Part shown: positions 55,338-64,000 of the stretch, piece by piece
Layout: each line of letters opens with the position of its first letter
How positions within the stretch are numbered: position 1 is the first letter of the stretch
Assembly (NCBI GenBank): GCA_016193335.1
Contig: JACPSK010000001.1
Location: forward strand, 111,926-175,925
Direction of reading: 5' to 3'
Source: Candidatus Magasanikiibacteriota bacterium
Lineage (GTDB): Bacteria; Patescibacteriota; Patescibacteriia; Magasanikbacterales; UBA922
DNA: 64,000 nucleotides
Made by a program: the position numbers and the translations under genes
Notes under the pieces: model-generated
The model's database searches: none
The model's input: the letters and a program-made list of their open reading frames with translations, nothing else
Told to the model about the DNA's origin: nothing

Positions 55338-56304
55338 GTCCGCTTTTGATTTCTTCCGCCATCGTGCTGATCGAAGAATACAAGGCTTCTCTCGTTTTTT
55401 TTGAACAAATCCAGCCGAGTCTTTGTATGCGATCCGTGTTGAGTCGAACCACCGGCACATCTCCTTTCCATCCTCTTGAACCGCCTGAATATAATAATTG
55501 AGGAGGCCTGCCCTTTAGACCCAGAATCTCGATTACCAGCTCGGCTATTTCAGTAACCGTAATATAATCGCCGGTAGCGACATTATAGACCATGAAAATA
55601 TCTTGTTCCTTTCGAAAGGCAAGCAAAACCGCCGCGATAATATCGTCCACATGGATATATGATTTACTCTGGGTTCCGTCACCAAGAATATTCAAAACAG
55701 AAGGATCTTTAAGCAAACGCTTGGCGAAATCAAAACCAACGCCATGGGTCTGCCGCGGGCCGACCACATTGCCAAAACGAAAAGCTCGACCTTGGAGCCC
55801 AAACATATGGCAATAACTCGCTATCAAGGCTTCACCCGCAAGTTTGGAAGCACCGTAGGTGGAAACAGGCACGAGAGGTCCGTAATCTTCCCAAGCTTCA
55901 GTGTTTCCCAGATCACCATACACTCCGCTCCCCGAGGCGTATAGAATCATTTTAGCGGAAGTCACACGCATGGCTTCGAGTACATTTTGTGTCAAATAGG
56001 TTCCTTCCCAAAAATCTATGTCAGGCTCAGTGGCAGCGCGCGCGATATCCGGATTAGATGCCAAATGAATCACCACGTCATGCGTATCCATTGTCTGTTT
56101 AAGTGTTTCCAAATTTTTTATGTCACCCTTCACCACTTTAAAAATAGGACTATCAAGATGCCTTTTATAATGCCATTCCCTTCCTGAAGAAAAATTGTCG
56201 TAAATCGTCAGTTTAGCGGCTTCTTCTCTATCAAGAAGATAATCCACAAAATGACTGCCGATAAAGCCCGCTCCTCCCAAAATAATATAAGATTGCTTTT
56301 TCAT
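55330..56304 (-). CDS. NAD-dependent epimerase/dehydratase (extended SDR)
   Basis: YIILGGAGFIGSHFV, YGASK (YxxxK); 324 aa. Confidence 0.8.
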   Translation of the reverse strand: MKKQSYIILGGAGFIGSHFVDYLLDREEAAKLTIYDNFSSGREWHYKRHLDSPIFKVVKGDIKNLETLKQTMDTHDVVIHLASNPDIARAATEPDIDFWEGTYLTQNVLEAMRVTSAKMILYASGSGVYGDLGNTEAWEDYGPLVPVSTYGASKLAGEALIASYCHMFGLQGRAFRFGNVVGPRQTHGVGFDFAKRLLKDPSVLNILGDGTQSKSYIHVDDIIAAVLLAFRKEQDIFMVYNVATGDYITVTEIAELVIEILGLKGRPPQLLYSGGSRGWKGDVPVVRLNTDRIQRLGWICSKKTREALYSSISTMAEEIKSGLI

Positions 56305-56323
56305 ACATCAAAATGTTGAAGAA

Positions 56324-57058
56324 TCAAAAAGCCCCATGTGCAAATTTATCAGAAAGTTCTTTCAATCCTTTTGCAGACCCGACTTCGTAAAAACGTTTAA
56401 ACACTTCATAGCTTCCCAAAAATGATTTCTTGCTTAACATAGTGTAGATTTCCGCCAAATCAAAACGCTCCTTGTCAAAAAAATATGTTGAGACAAGGTC
56501 TCTCGTCAAAATGGCCAAACCCGCGTCAATATAATCCATGTTGGCTGTATCTTCAGCGAATTTATCATATAACATGATCTTATTATCTTTATAAATGATA
56601 TTGCTTTTGTCCCAGTTGCCCGCATTTCTAAGAACCGTGAGCAAAGCTGGCAACCCCTGGCTGTCAAAAGCAGTCCAGATGGCTCTGTAATCAACCGGAA
56701 GATAAGAATCTCCATACAACAAAAAAAATTTCTCCGGGAGTTTACCATGCTCTTGTATAAAACGAATAGCTCCTCCCGTTCCCCTAAGGTCAGCCCCCTC
56801 ATCAACATAGCTCACCCCGATGCCCCAGGATGCGCCATCTCCCACATAATCCCGAATCATCTCCCCCCTGTATCCAACCGACAAAATGACCTCTTGTACA
56901 CCGCTCTGCTTCAAAAGCCTTAATTGGTGATCTACAAAAGGCCTGCCATTCAAGGCAATCATTGACTTTGGTATGTCTTTGGCCAAATCAGAAATTCTGG
57001 TGCCCAATCCTCCGGCCAGTATGACACATAAGATTCGATTGTCAGCCATGGGAGTCAT
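56324..57058 (-). CDS. Sugar-1-phosphate nucleotidylyltransferase (NTP_transferase family)
   Basis: ILCVILAGGLGTRISDL (G-x-G-T-R), LLYGDSY. Confidence 0.8.
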   Translation of the reverse strand: MTPMADNRILCVILAGGLGTRISDLAKDIPKSMIALNGRPFVDHQLRLLKQSGVQEVILSVGYRGEMIRDYVGDGASWGIGVSYVDEGADLRGTGGAIRFIQEHGKLPEKFFLLYGDSYLPVDYRAIWTAFDSQGLPALLTVLRNAGNWDKSNIIYKDNKIMLYDKFAEDTANMDYIDAGLAILTRDLVSTYFFDKERFDLAEIYTMLSKKSFLGSYEVFKRFYEVGSAKGLKELSDKFAHGAF

Positions 57059-57067
57059 AAAACAACA

Positions 57068-57724
57068 TCATTTAAAACGTGAACGCAGAATTCTTTTAAG
57101 CGTCCACCAAGCGCTCTCAAAAGGACGCATGGTTGATTTTCCTTTCCTTTCAAAATAGTCGATATAGGTGACCGCGATTTTATACCCCATCTTCAAAGGA
57201 TGTAAAAGAAGTTCCACGGGCAAAGCCGCTCCTTTTGGATCAATTTCAAGTTTGTGTAAGAGATCCCGCCTGTAGGCTCTCATGCCACTATGCAAATCTC
57301 TCAGCCTTCTAAAAAATAATAATGAGGCCAAAAGGGCGAATAGGGCGTTGCCAATAAAATTGATCCAGGGCATGGCCTTGGGCTTATGCCGCAATCGTGA
57401 ACCGTCAACGATATCATACCCCTCAGTCAGTATTTTACCAGCCAAAATCGGAATCATACAGGCCGGGTAGGTGCCATCACAATCAAGAGTAACAACGGCG
57501 TCGCCTGTAGCGGATCTGAGGGCGGTCATCATGGCGTTGCCATACCCGCGAGGCGGAAATTGCCTGATAAGTTTTACGCCGAGTGATTGCGCGATCTCGG
57601 GCGTCCGGTCTGAACTTGAATCCACTATGATTATTTCAGCTCCGGGCACAGCTGTTCTGATATCCTCAACTACTTTTTTGACAGCCTTCTCTTCATTCAT
57701 GGTTATCATCACCACTGAAATCAT
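57068..57724 (-). CDS. Glycosyltransferase family 2, polyprenyl-phosphate sugar transferase (ArnC/Dpm1-like)
   Basis: Start at MISVVMITMNEEKAV (ATGA overlap with the upstream MTase). IIIVDSSSDRTP, VTLDCDGTYP (DxD), C-terminal TM. Confidence 0.8.
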   Translation of the reverse strand: MISVVMITMNEEKAVKKVVEDIRTAVPGAEIIIVDSSSDRTPEIAQSLGVKLIRQFPPRGYGNAMMTALRSATGDAVVTLDCDGTYPACMIPILAGKILTEGYDIVDGSRLRHKPKAMPWINFIGNALFALLASLLFFRRLRDLHSGMRAYRRDLLHKLEIDPKGAALPVELLLHPLKMGYKIAVTYIDYFERKGKSTMRPFESAWWTLKRILRSRFK

Positions 57725-58485
57725 ACTTTTTTTGCTACCAAAATAATACGAAACCCAAACATTGATTTCCACCAAGAAAAAATCCAATACTCCAAAGGAT
57801 ACCCGTATTTCATATACCATTTATATAAAGGGGATTGCATAATTTCCTGTGGCTCCGAGCCGTCTTTATTTACGCCTTTCACGGCAAAAAATCGCTTGAT
57901 AAGAGGCAAAAAAGCCCTTGTTACAAAAGGCGTGTAGTCCACGATCAAAACCTCGCATCCCGCGTTCTCTAGCAAGCGCTTGGCCGTTTTGAAGGTAAAA
58001 AAACGAATATGAGTTCTGTCCATGACTCCGGTGTCTGCGTACGCGAATCTTCCAAACAAAAAAGATAATCTGTAGAACCATGAGAGGGCGTTCGGCACTG
58101 ATATATATATGAGAGCTCCTGGGCGCAAAAAGCCAAGGTACTCTTTCAAAATCGAAAAAGGATCATACACGTGTTCGAGAACATCTGAAAAAACCAAAGC
58201 GTCAAATGGAAGCTCCCCAAGCTGCGCGCGCACTGATTCGGTGTCCGTTAAATCCGCTTGGATTACCCTATCGATTCTCTTTCCCGCGCTTCCCGCCGCT
58301 CCGGGATCCTGCTCTATACCCCAGACCTCGTAGCCTCTTTCTTTTATGGCGGCAGACAAAGCAGCTCTGCCGCAACCCACATCGAGGAGACGTTTTTTCT
58401 CCTGCGAAAAAAATGGGATATGTCTTAGTATTCCTTCATTTACCTCTTCTTGATAATGGTAGTGTTTTTCACGCAGACGTTCCAT
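57721..58485 (-). CDS. Class I SAM-dependent methyltransferase
   Basis: LLDVGCGRAALSAAIKERGYEVWGIE (motif I), ALVFSDVLEHV, LRPGALIYISVPN. Confidence 0.7.
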   Translation of the reverse strand: MERLREKHYHYQEEVNEGILRHIPFFSQEKKRLLDVGCGRAALSAAIKERGYEVWGIEQDPGAAGSAGKRIDRVIQADLTDTESVRAQLGELPFDALVFSDVLEHVYDPFSILKEYLGFLRPGALIYISVPNALSWFYRLSFLFGRFAYADTGVMDRTHIRFFTFKTAKRLLENAGCEVLIVDYTPFVTRAFLPLIKRFFAVKGVNKDGSEPQEIMQSPLYKWYMKYGYPLEYWIFSWWKSMFGFRIILVAKKV

Positions 58486-58488
58486 ATA

Positions 58489-59781
58489 TCAGATCGGCGT
58501 TTGATTTAAGCGCTCAGAAAGCCCGATAGCTCGGCGCAAGCATTCATCAGAATTTATATATTCAAATTCCGCGAACCGTCCGCAAAGATCCACTTCGATG
58601 CTTTTGAAATATTCTCTCATGACTCGTATATTTTTGTAGTAATCCAAGGTGTAAACCGGATAACCATACCTGCATCTGGTGATGTCTGAAACAATAATAT
58701 CTTTCTTGTTCAAAATGCCGATGCGATCGAGGTCAGCGGAGCTTCGCTCAATAATATCGCTATCAGTCAATTCATGGATCCCATCTCCCGGGTTAGTCGT
58801 TATTTCTGCTATCAGAGACGAAGTGCCCGGCCGTACCAGATGTCTGCTGAAATAGCCCATAAAACAGACCCGATGCGGCAACACGCTTTGATCCGGTATA
58901 TACACAGCGCTTTTATCAAGGAGACTCTCGTTATTAACGGCCAGCAGAACCACGTTAATGGAATTAAAACGCAAATTATTCACCGCGTCTCTTACTTCTT
59001 TCGGCACTTCTTCAAAGCAGGATATTGCCTCATGTATTGGAAACGCAATGACTATTTTATCGAATTTTTTTTCCGTTTTTCCATCAGACAGCAACCAATG
59101 CGCTCCCGCTCTCCTTATGCTACGTATTTTGTAATTCAGCGTCAGTGTCTTGTCCGGGCCTCTCGGTTCCAAGGCCTTTACAAGAGCTTCGACACCCCCC
59201 CGGGTGGGGTAACGAAAATACAACTGGTGCCGGTAGCCTTCGGTTTCAATACCCAAAGCTGATTTTACCACGTCTTCCATAGGGGGCCGAGGAATGCGAT
59301 CCACCCATTCAAGGCTCATTTCTTCTGCCGGTATATTCCAAATTTTTTCATTATAAGGAATAAAATATTTTTCCGAAATCCCTTTTCCAAAGGTGTAATA
59401 GGCCCATTCTTTAAGATTGGTTTTGGGTTTGGGATAGTCTTTCAAAAGATAGCCCATCAAACATTCGTAGGTATCCTGCTTTTCCAAAGATCCCAAATCA
59501 TTTTCAAAAGGATATTTCACATAGCGGCCATGTAACAGTATTTTATTGGCGCGCTTGCATCTATTTATATTGCCTTCAAGAAGATGATCCACTATCTCAT
59601 TGATTTCTTGATGTTTTGAAAACAAAATATGGCCGCCGATATCATAGCCAAAACCATCTTTCCAAATCGTTTTGCACAGTCCTCCGGTGCTTGACGCGGC
59701 TTCCAGTATCTCGGCCGGATGCTTCAAATAATGTAGAAGAGCCACGCCGCTAATCCCTCCGCCAAGTATGCCTATATTCAT
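58489..59781 (-). CDS. FAD-dependent oxidoreductase, UDP-galactopyranose mutase (Glf)-like
   Basis: Start at MNIGILGGGISGVAL (ATG complement 59781-59779). GXGXXG FAD fold, IGGHILFS, YTFGKGISEKYFIPYNEKIWN resemble Glf. Confidence 0.55.
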   Translation of the reverse strand: MNIGILGGGISGVALLHYLKHPAEILEAASSTGGLCKTIWKDGFGYDIGGHILFSKHQEINEIVDHLLEGNINRCKRANKILLHGRYVKYPFENDLGSLEKQDTYECLMGYLLKDYPKPKTNLKEWAYYTFGKGISEKYFIPYNEKIWNIPAEEMSLEWVDRIPRPPMEDVVKSALGIETEGYRHQLYFRYPTRGGVEALVKALEPRGPDKTLTLNYKIRSIRRAGAHWLLSDGKTEKKFDKIVIAFPIHEAISCFEEVPKEVRDAVNNLRFNSINVVLLAVNNESLLDKSAVYIPDQSVLPHRVCFMGYFSRHLVRPGTSSLIAEITTNPGDGIHELTDSDIIERSSADLDRIGILNKKDIIVSDITRCRYGYPVYTLDYYKNIRVMREYFKSIEVDLCGRFAEFEYINSDECLRRAIGLSERLNQTPI

Positions 59782-59822
59782 AGTATATCGTGGCATTATC
59801 CTAACACAGGCGTTTGATAAAC

Positions 59823-61217
59823 TCAATCCATCGATCGAGGAACTTTTTTTGCCCTTAATGATTTGCTAAAACCATAATATCCAAGCACGGCCGAAAGAAA
59901 CAAGAAAGGTTCGGCAGGCATCCTATAACGCACGTGCACGGTTGGTCCGGTTAAAAGCGCAAAGTAGGCGCATAAAGAAAAAAAGAGATACGCATGACGC
60001 CAACGGGGCTTCAGGCAAAGAGAAACAAGGCTGAAAAAAAATACCAAAGCCCACAATAGATGCTCAAATGGAAAAAATGACTGAGAAGAAAGGCGTCCCC
60101 ATACTTTGCCCAGGTCTTTCGCGTGGAATAAATCATCTATGAGAAGTGTCTTTTCAGGAAAAGGATTATATCTCCCATAGACAATCTCGAGAATATTTAC
60201 ATACATGTTTTTTGAACTGTTCCCAGCAAGAAATTGCGGAACGCGGCTCACGTGGAAAAGCGCAAAGCCTAAAGGATCTTCGAAAATATATTTTTTTATG
60301 ATCATGTTGAGCTCTCGGGCATGTTTGAATTCTTTGGCTTGATTTTCGGTTAAATTGTCTGTTTCACTGTAAAGCCTGAAGAGATTGGTCTCCACACTGT
60401 CACCATTTTTTTGACTTAAAAAAAGAGGAATATTAAAACTAAAAATATTATAGGATCCAAGTGATGAAATACCCCAGACTCCGGCCTCTGCTCTATTGCG
60501 GAGCATCCAGGGAAACAAGACTACGAAAAATCCAAACACAAACACCGTGAGATGGAGAAGCAAGGCTTTTGCCGACCTTTCTTTTCTCGTCAAAAGATAG
60601 TAAAAAAATAAAAAGGGAAGAGGCAAAAAAACGCCAATCGGCCTTATCAGAACAACATAGCCAATAAGGGATCCGGCTAGCAAAGCACGGAGCACGACTT
60701 TTTTCCCTTTGGCAAAGAAAAACAGATATACCGAAAGTACCGTAAAAAAAGTGAAAAAAATATCAGACATGACCGTAAGCGCATAAAACAAGGTAGACGC
60801 GTTGAATATATACAAAAAAGCCGCGACATAGCCCGCTCTCTGATGCATAAGACTGGAACCCATTTTGTACAACAAAATTGAAGTGCAAGCCACTGCAAGG
60901 ATCTGAACAAAGACCACCGCGTAATATGAATTAAAAAAAATCAAAATCATCGCGATCAAAAGTGGATATCCGGGGGTCCTAAAGTATTCTGGGTTGAAAG
61001 GCGCTTGAGAATCCAAGGAAAAAACTCCATGCTCTTTGATGTTCAGAGCCAAGCCGACATATTCTGAAGAATCTCCAAGTAAGACAGGAAAAGAAGGACC
61101 AATATCTTTGGGCTGAACTGAGACATAAAAAAATAATAAAACAGAAAGATACAAAACAGCGACCGCGAAAAACAAAACTGAATTCGGTTTCCACTTGAAT
61201 GCTCGAGTCAAGAACAT
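59823..61217 (-). CDS. GT-C-fold membrane glycosyltransferase (ArnT/PMT family, GT39/GT83-like)
   Basis: 464 aa, >=10 TM helices. First periplasmic loop LGDSSEYVGLALNIKEHG (DE-type motif), FRTPGYPLLIA. Confidence 0.75.
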   Translation of the reverse strand: MFLTRAFKWKPNSVLFFAVAVLYLSVLLFFYVSVQPKDIGPSFPVLLGDSSEYVGLALNIKEHGVFSLDSQAPFNPEYFRTPGYPLLIAMILIFFNSYYAVVFVQILAVACTSILLYKMGSSLMHQRAGYVAAFLYIFNASTLFYALTVMSDIFFTFFTVLSVYLFFFAKGKKVVLRALLAGSLIGYVVLIRPIGVFLPLPFLFFYYLLTRKERSAKALLLHLTVFVFGFFVVLFPWMLRNRAEAGVWGISSLGSYNIFSFNIPLFLSQKNGDSVETNLFRLYSETDNLTENQAKEFKHARELNMIIKKYIFEDPLGFALFHVSRVPQFLAGNSSKNMYVNILEIVYGRYNPFPEKTLLIDDLFHAKDLGKVWGRLSSQSFFPFEHLLWALVFFFSLVSLCLKPRWRHAYLFFSLCAYFALLTGPTVHVRYRMPAEPFLFLSAVLGYYGFSKSLRAKKVPRSMD

Positions 61218-61256
61218 AAAATTAATATCGAATATAAATGATGCACTAGGTTCTCT

Positions 61257-61298
61257 CCAGAGCCCCGGCTCAAAAATAATTTTGAGCCGGGGCTCTGG
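61257..61298. repeat. Perfect 19-bp inverted repeat with 4-nt spacer (CCAGAGCCCCGGCTCAAAA-ataa-TTTTGAGCCGGGGCTCTGG)
   Basis: All 19 positions pair; GC-rich core. Lies between the minus-strand promoter at 61352-61380 and the GT-C start codon, i.e. in the operon leader. No flanking U-tract on either strand. Confidence 0.8.
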
Positions 61299-61351
61299 TA
61301 AATCAGACGAAATTATTTCTATTGCATTGGGGATTGAAAAAAATATGTTAT

Positions 61352-61380
61352 AGTATACGTTATCACTCTGTAAGGGTCAA
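61352..61380 (-). promoter_or_regulatory. Sigma-70 promoter TTGACC-17-TATACT for the minus-strand GT-C operon
   Basis: Minus-strand read TTGACCcttacagagtgataacgTATACT; transcript would include the 19-bp palindrome in a ~135-nt leader. Confidence 0.5.
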
Positions 61381-61416
61381 TCCGTCCGCCCTTCAATCAT
61401 GCCAAGCCGGGCCTGG

Positions 61417-61446
61417 CTTGACTGAAAAGAAAGCAAGGCAGTATAC
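61417..61446 (+). promoter_or_regulatory. Sigma-70 promoter TTGACT-18-TATACT for the ArnB-like aminotransferase gene
   Basis: cTTGACTgaaaagaaagcaaggcagTATACT lies ~30 nt upstream of the start; back-to-back with the divergent promoter. Confidence 0.5.
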
Positions 61447-61476
61447 TTTTGAGACCTTTATTGTCCTTCATGGCCT

Positions 61477-62580
61477 ATGACACAAACAAAGATACCCTGG
61501 TGGCTGCCTCAAACCGGCACGCCGGAAGAGCGAAAATACATCACGCAGGCCCTCGACGACAATTACATAAATGAAGGCGCTTTGACCGAAGCTTTTGAAT
61601 CCGCCATTGCCAAGCGTGTGGAAATTCCTTACGCCGTGTCTGCCACGAGCTGTACGGCCGCTTTGTTTATGTGCCTCAAGGCTTTTGATATCGGGCATGG
61701 AGACGAAGTTATTGTGCCAGACATGACCTTTATCGCAAGCGCGAACGCGGTGGACATGGCAGGAGCCATGCCTGTCTTGGTGGATGTCCGCCGTGAAGAC
61801 ATGACGATCGATATTGAGGCTGTTAAAAAAGCTATAAGCCCGGCAACTAAAGCAATCATACCTGTGCATGTCACCGGACGAGCGGCCGACATGGAAGCCA
61901 TCATGAAACTGGCCACAGAACGGAATCTCATTGTCATCGAAGACGCTGCAGAAGCTCTGATGTCCAAACACAAAGGAAAATACCTCGGAACCTGGGGGCA
62001 TGCCGGCTCTTATTCTTTTTCTCCAAACAAAACCATAACTACGGGGCAAGGCGGCATGGCCGTGACTCGAGACAAAACCATTTTTGAGCGTCTGCGTATG
62101 CTCAAAGATCAAGGCCGTCCGGTCCGAGGATCAGGGGGCGATGACATTCATCATACACGCGGCTATAATTTTAAATTTACCAATCTCCAGGCCGCGGTGG
62201 GTTTGGGCCAATTGCATTACCTCGATCGTCGAATCACCCGTATGCGTGAAATTTATGCATGGTACGCCGAAGGATTGCGAAAGGTGAAGAACGCCAGACT
62301 CTATCCTTGCGATCTCGAAGGAGGCGCGGTTCCTCAATGGACAGACATAAAGTTGGAGCAACGAGACGAGCTCGAAGCTTATCTTCGAGGATACAACATT
62401 GATTCACGCAAATACTGGCATCCTCTGCACACTCAGGCCCCCTACAAAAAAAACGATGATGAATTTTCAAACAGTATCGCATTGTCAAAGAGCTCATTAT
62501 GGCTGCCTTCAGCATTTACGCTTAATCAAGCGGATATAGAGACGGTCTATGAGCGAATTAATATGTTTCTGAATACCTAA
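61477..62580 (+). CDS. DegT-family PLP-dependent aminotransferase (ArnB/PglE-like)
   Basis: 367 aa. SFSPNKTITTGQGG is the PLP-Lys context; full DegT architecture. Confidence 0.85.
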   Translation: MTQTKIPWWLPQTGTPEERKYITQALDDNYINEGALTEAFESAIAKRVEIPYAVSATSCTAALFMCLKAFDIGHGDEVIVPDMTFIASANAVDMAGAMPVLVDVRREDMTIDIEAVKKAISPATKAIIPVHVTGRAADMEAIMKLATERNLIVIEDAAEALMSKHKGKYLGTWGHAGSYSFSPNKTITTGQGGMAVTRDKTIFERLRMLKDQGRPVRGSGGDDIHHTRGYNFKFTNLQAAVGLGQLHYLDRRITRMREIYAWYAEGLRKVKNARLYPCDLEGGAVPQWTDIKLEQRDELEAYLRGYNIDSRKYWHPLHTQAPYKKNDDEFSNSIALSKSSLWLPSAFTLNQADIETVYERINMFLNT

Positions 62581-62707
62581 GTCTTAGCATTTGATTTGCG
62601 AAACTCAATAAACTCCTTAATAGAAAACTGCCAGAGTCCAGGCTCTGAGCGGGAATGAAAATTTTACTAAAACCATGCTCATCCCCCTGTAATCCTGTAA
62701 TCAGAAT

Positions 62708-62859
62708 TAAAAAAGAGTATAAATAAGTGGAGCCATTGCAGAAGTTCCCGCAAAAACAAACAAGGCCCCCAGCAATACAAACACCACGATGATGGGCAAG
62801 AGCCAAAATTTTTTCCTTATTTTCAAAAAACGCCACAAATTTTCTAACAACTCAATCAT
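62708..62859 (-). CDS. DUF5989-like small membrane protein (49 aa)
   Basis: ATG complement 62859-62857: MIELLENLWRFLKIRKKFWLLPIIVVFVLLGALFVFAGTSAMAPLIYTLF. Not in the ORF track (it lists the overlapping GTG frame 62558..62836). Matches the short single-TM protein usually found next to SxtJ-like and carbamoyltransferase genes. Confidence 0.55.
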
Positions 62860-62864
62860 AGTAT

Positions 62865-63275
62865 TTAAAATAAATCCTCCATAGAAGAGTTAAAAGGTTT
62901 GGCCACTCTATAGCTAAGCCCTTTTTTATCATATGTTCGTTGCATGGGATCTCTTCCCGCCAACCTCATTATAACGGCAACCGGCGTGATTATCAAATAA
63001 AACAATAAAAACAATAAAACCATGGTGCTCAGTCTACCCGCTATACTCGCAAACAGCATCCATACCGCGTATGGAAATCGCAGAAGTGAAGGTTTCAGCA
63101 AAACGATAGAAGCGCAAATCCAAGATATAAACCAAGGCCAACGCGGATAAACGCGACTCAATAAAAAAGGAAACAAGAACCCAAATAAGAGCGGAAACAC
63201 AAATGATACGGCCAAAAAGCTTTTTTTAATCTGTTCAAGTTCTATTTTTGTGTACTGTTCCCAGTCTTTTTTCAT
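62865..63275 (-). CDS. SxtJ-like small membrane protein
   Basis: 136 aa, three to four TM helices. Sandwiched between the DUF5989-like gene and the carbamoyltransferase, a conserved three-gene arrangement. Confidence 0.55.
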   Translation of the reverse strand: MKKDWEQYTKIELEQIKKSFLAVSFVFPLLFGFLFPFLLSRVYPRWPWFISWICASIVLLKPSLLRFPYAVWMLFASIAGRLSTMVLLFLLFYLIITPVAVIMRLAGRDPMQRTYDKKGLSYRVAKPFNSSMEDLF

Positions 63276-63293
63276 AGTGAAATACCTTTCTCG

Positions 63294-64000
63294 TTAATCC
63301 AGATGAAATTCTTCTTTCCACGAATCATTATAATCTTCTTTCTTTTGATCGGCTTTGCGAAGGATAAAATTGCCGAGGACCAAATAATCCATCCCTGTAC
63401 GCATAAAACACCGATAAGCATCTTCCGGCGTGCATACGATTGGCTCACCTCGCACATTAAATGAGGTGTTCACAAGCACAGGACAGCCTGTTCGCTCTTT
63501 AAATTTTTGTATCAAACGATGCATTTTCGAGTTTGTTTCTTTATGAACCGTTTGCACCCGTGCCGAATAATCCACATGAGTCACAGCCGGAATAGTGGAG
63601 CGAGGTATATTCAATTTGTCTATTCCAAAAAGCCGGTCTTGTTCCTCAGTCATGGGTATCCTTAGATTTGATTTCACGTCAGCCACCAAAAGCATGTAAG
63701 GACTCGGCCCGTTCAATTCGAAATACTCTTGTGCGTCTTCGGCCAAGACAATGGGGGCGAATGGCCGGAACGATTCACGATATTTTATCTTCACATTCAT
63801 AATGCTCTGCATCTTTTGATTGCGGGCGTCCCCTATAATGGATCTATTGCCAAGAGCACGAGGCCCAAATTCCATTCTATCTTGAAACCAACCGATAACT
63901 GCTCCGGATTCAAGAAGATAAGCCGTTTGGTCCAGCAATTCATCTTCAGTCTTTACTTCGTATGCCGCTCCGATAGAATCAAGATAATCTTTTATTTGAT
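63294..64000 (-). CDS. Carbamoyltransferase (NodU/CmcH family), C-terminal part; the N-terminus lies beyond the window end
   Basis: VIGWFQDRMEFGPRALGNRSIIGDARNQKMQ, FRPFAPIVLAEDAQEYF, VTHVDYSARVQTV, PVLVNTSFNVRGEPIVCTPEDA: the Carbam_trans_C signature. Confidence 0.85.
   Translation of the reverse strand, partial: QIKDYLDSIGAAYEVKTEDELLDQTAYLLESGAVIGWFQDRMEFGPRALGNRSIIGDARNQKMQSIMNVKIKYRESFRPFAPIVLAEDAQEYFELNGPSPYMLLVADVKSNLRIPMTEEQDRLFGIDKLNIPRSTIPAVTHVDYSARVQTVHKETNSKMHRLIQKFKERTGCPVLVNTSFNVRGEPIVCTPEDAYRCFMRTGMDYLVLGNFILRKADQKKEDYNDSWKEEFHLD

Noticed and set aside
62558-62836. 92-aa GTG-initiated minus-strand track ORF
   Set aside because: A different frame of the same region encodes a 49-aa single-TM protein with a canonical ATG and the expected DUF5989-like sequence and synteny. 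The 92-aa frame overlaps the aminotransferase stop region and has no support.
1-64000. CRISPR arrays, rRNA genes and prophage
   Set aside because: No regularly spaced direct repeats, no rRNA-like conserved blocks, and no phage structural or integrase genes apart from the single IS3-family element.

Overview
This 64-kb window comes from a low-GC (about 43-45% GC) bacterial chromosome, possibly an uncultivated lineage. Most genes are on the minus strand and tightly packed, with several ATGA stop/start overlaps. The first ~21 kb is housekeeping: leuS (5' part), an ECF-type sigma factor, an inositol monophosphatase, glutamate dehydrogenase, thioredoxin, infB, the H+-pyrophosphatase hppA, RNase Y, HU, corA, a class B penicillin-binding protein, pilT, and two tRNAs. 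An IS3-family insertion sequence sits between a methyltransferase gene and rny, and is embedded in a short high-GC foreign segment. From about 22 kb to the window end lies a ~42-kb cell-surface glycan locus. It contains the Und-P priming transferase WbaP, a Wzx flippase, a WbpA/WbpB/WbpE-like 2,3-diamino-uronic acid module, and a complete pseudaminic-acid-type nonulosonic acid module. That module has PseB/PseC/PseH/PseI/PseF homologues, a PseA-like amidotransferase with HisH/HisF partners, a PIG-L deacetylase, two formyltransferases and a KpsC/KpsS-like putative transferase. Further along are an ArnB/ArnC/ArnT-like lipid-carrier aminosugar module, a sugar C-methyltransferase, a UDP-galactopyranose-mutase-like enzyme, several GT2/GT4 transferases, and a carbamoyltransferase/SxtJ/DUF5989 cassette. 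The main anomalies are: a 1.1-kb ~62% GC island carrying a 302-aa ORF of unknown function fused precisely to host-type expression signals inside the glycan locus; a MITE-like AT-rich repeat family (two full copies and one partial); a perfect 19-bp palindrome in the leader of the GT-C operon; and repeated near-identical terminator hairpins. No CRISPR array or rRNA was found. CDS coordinates are anchored to the provided ORF track; hand-derived coordinates for RNA genes, promoters and repeats may be off by 1-2 nt.
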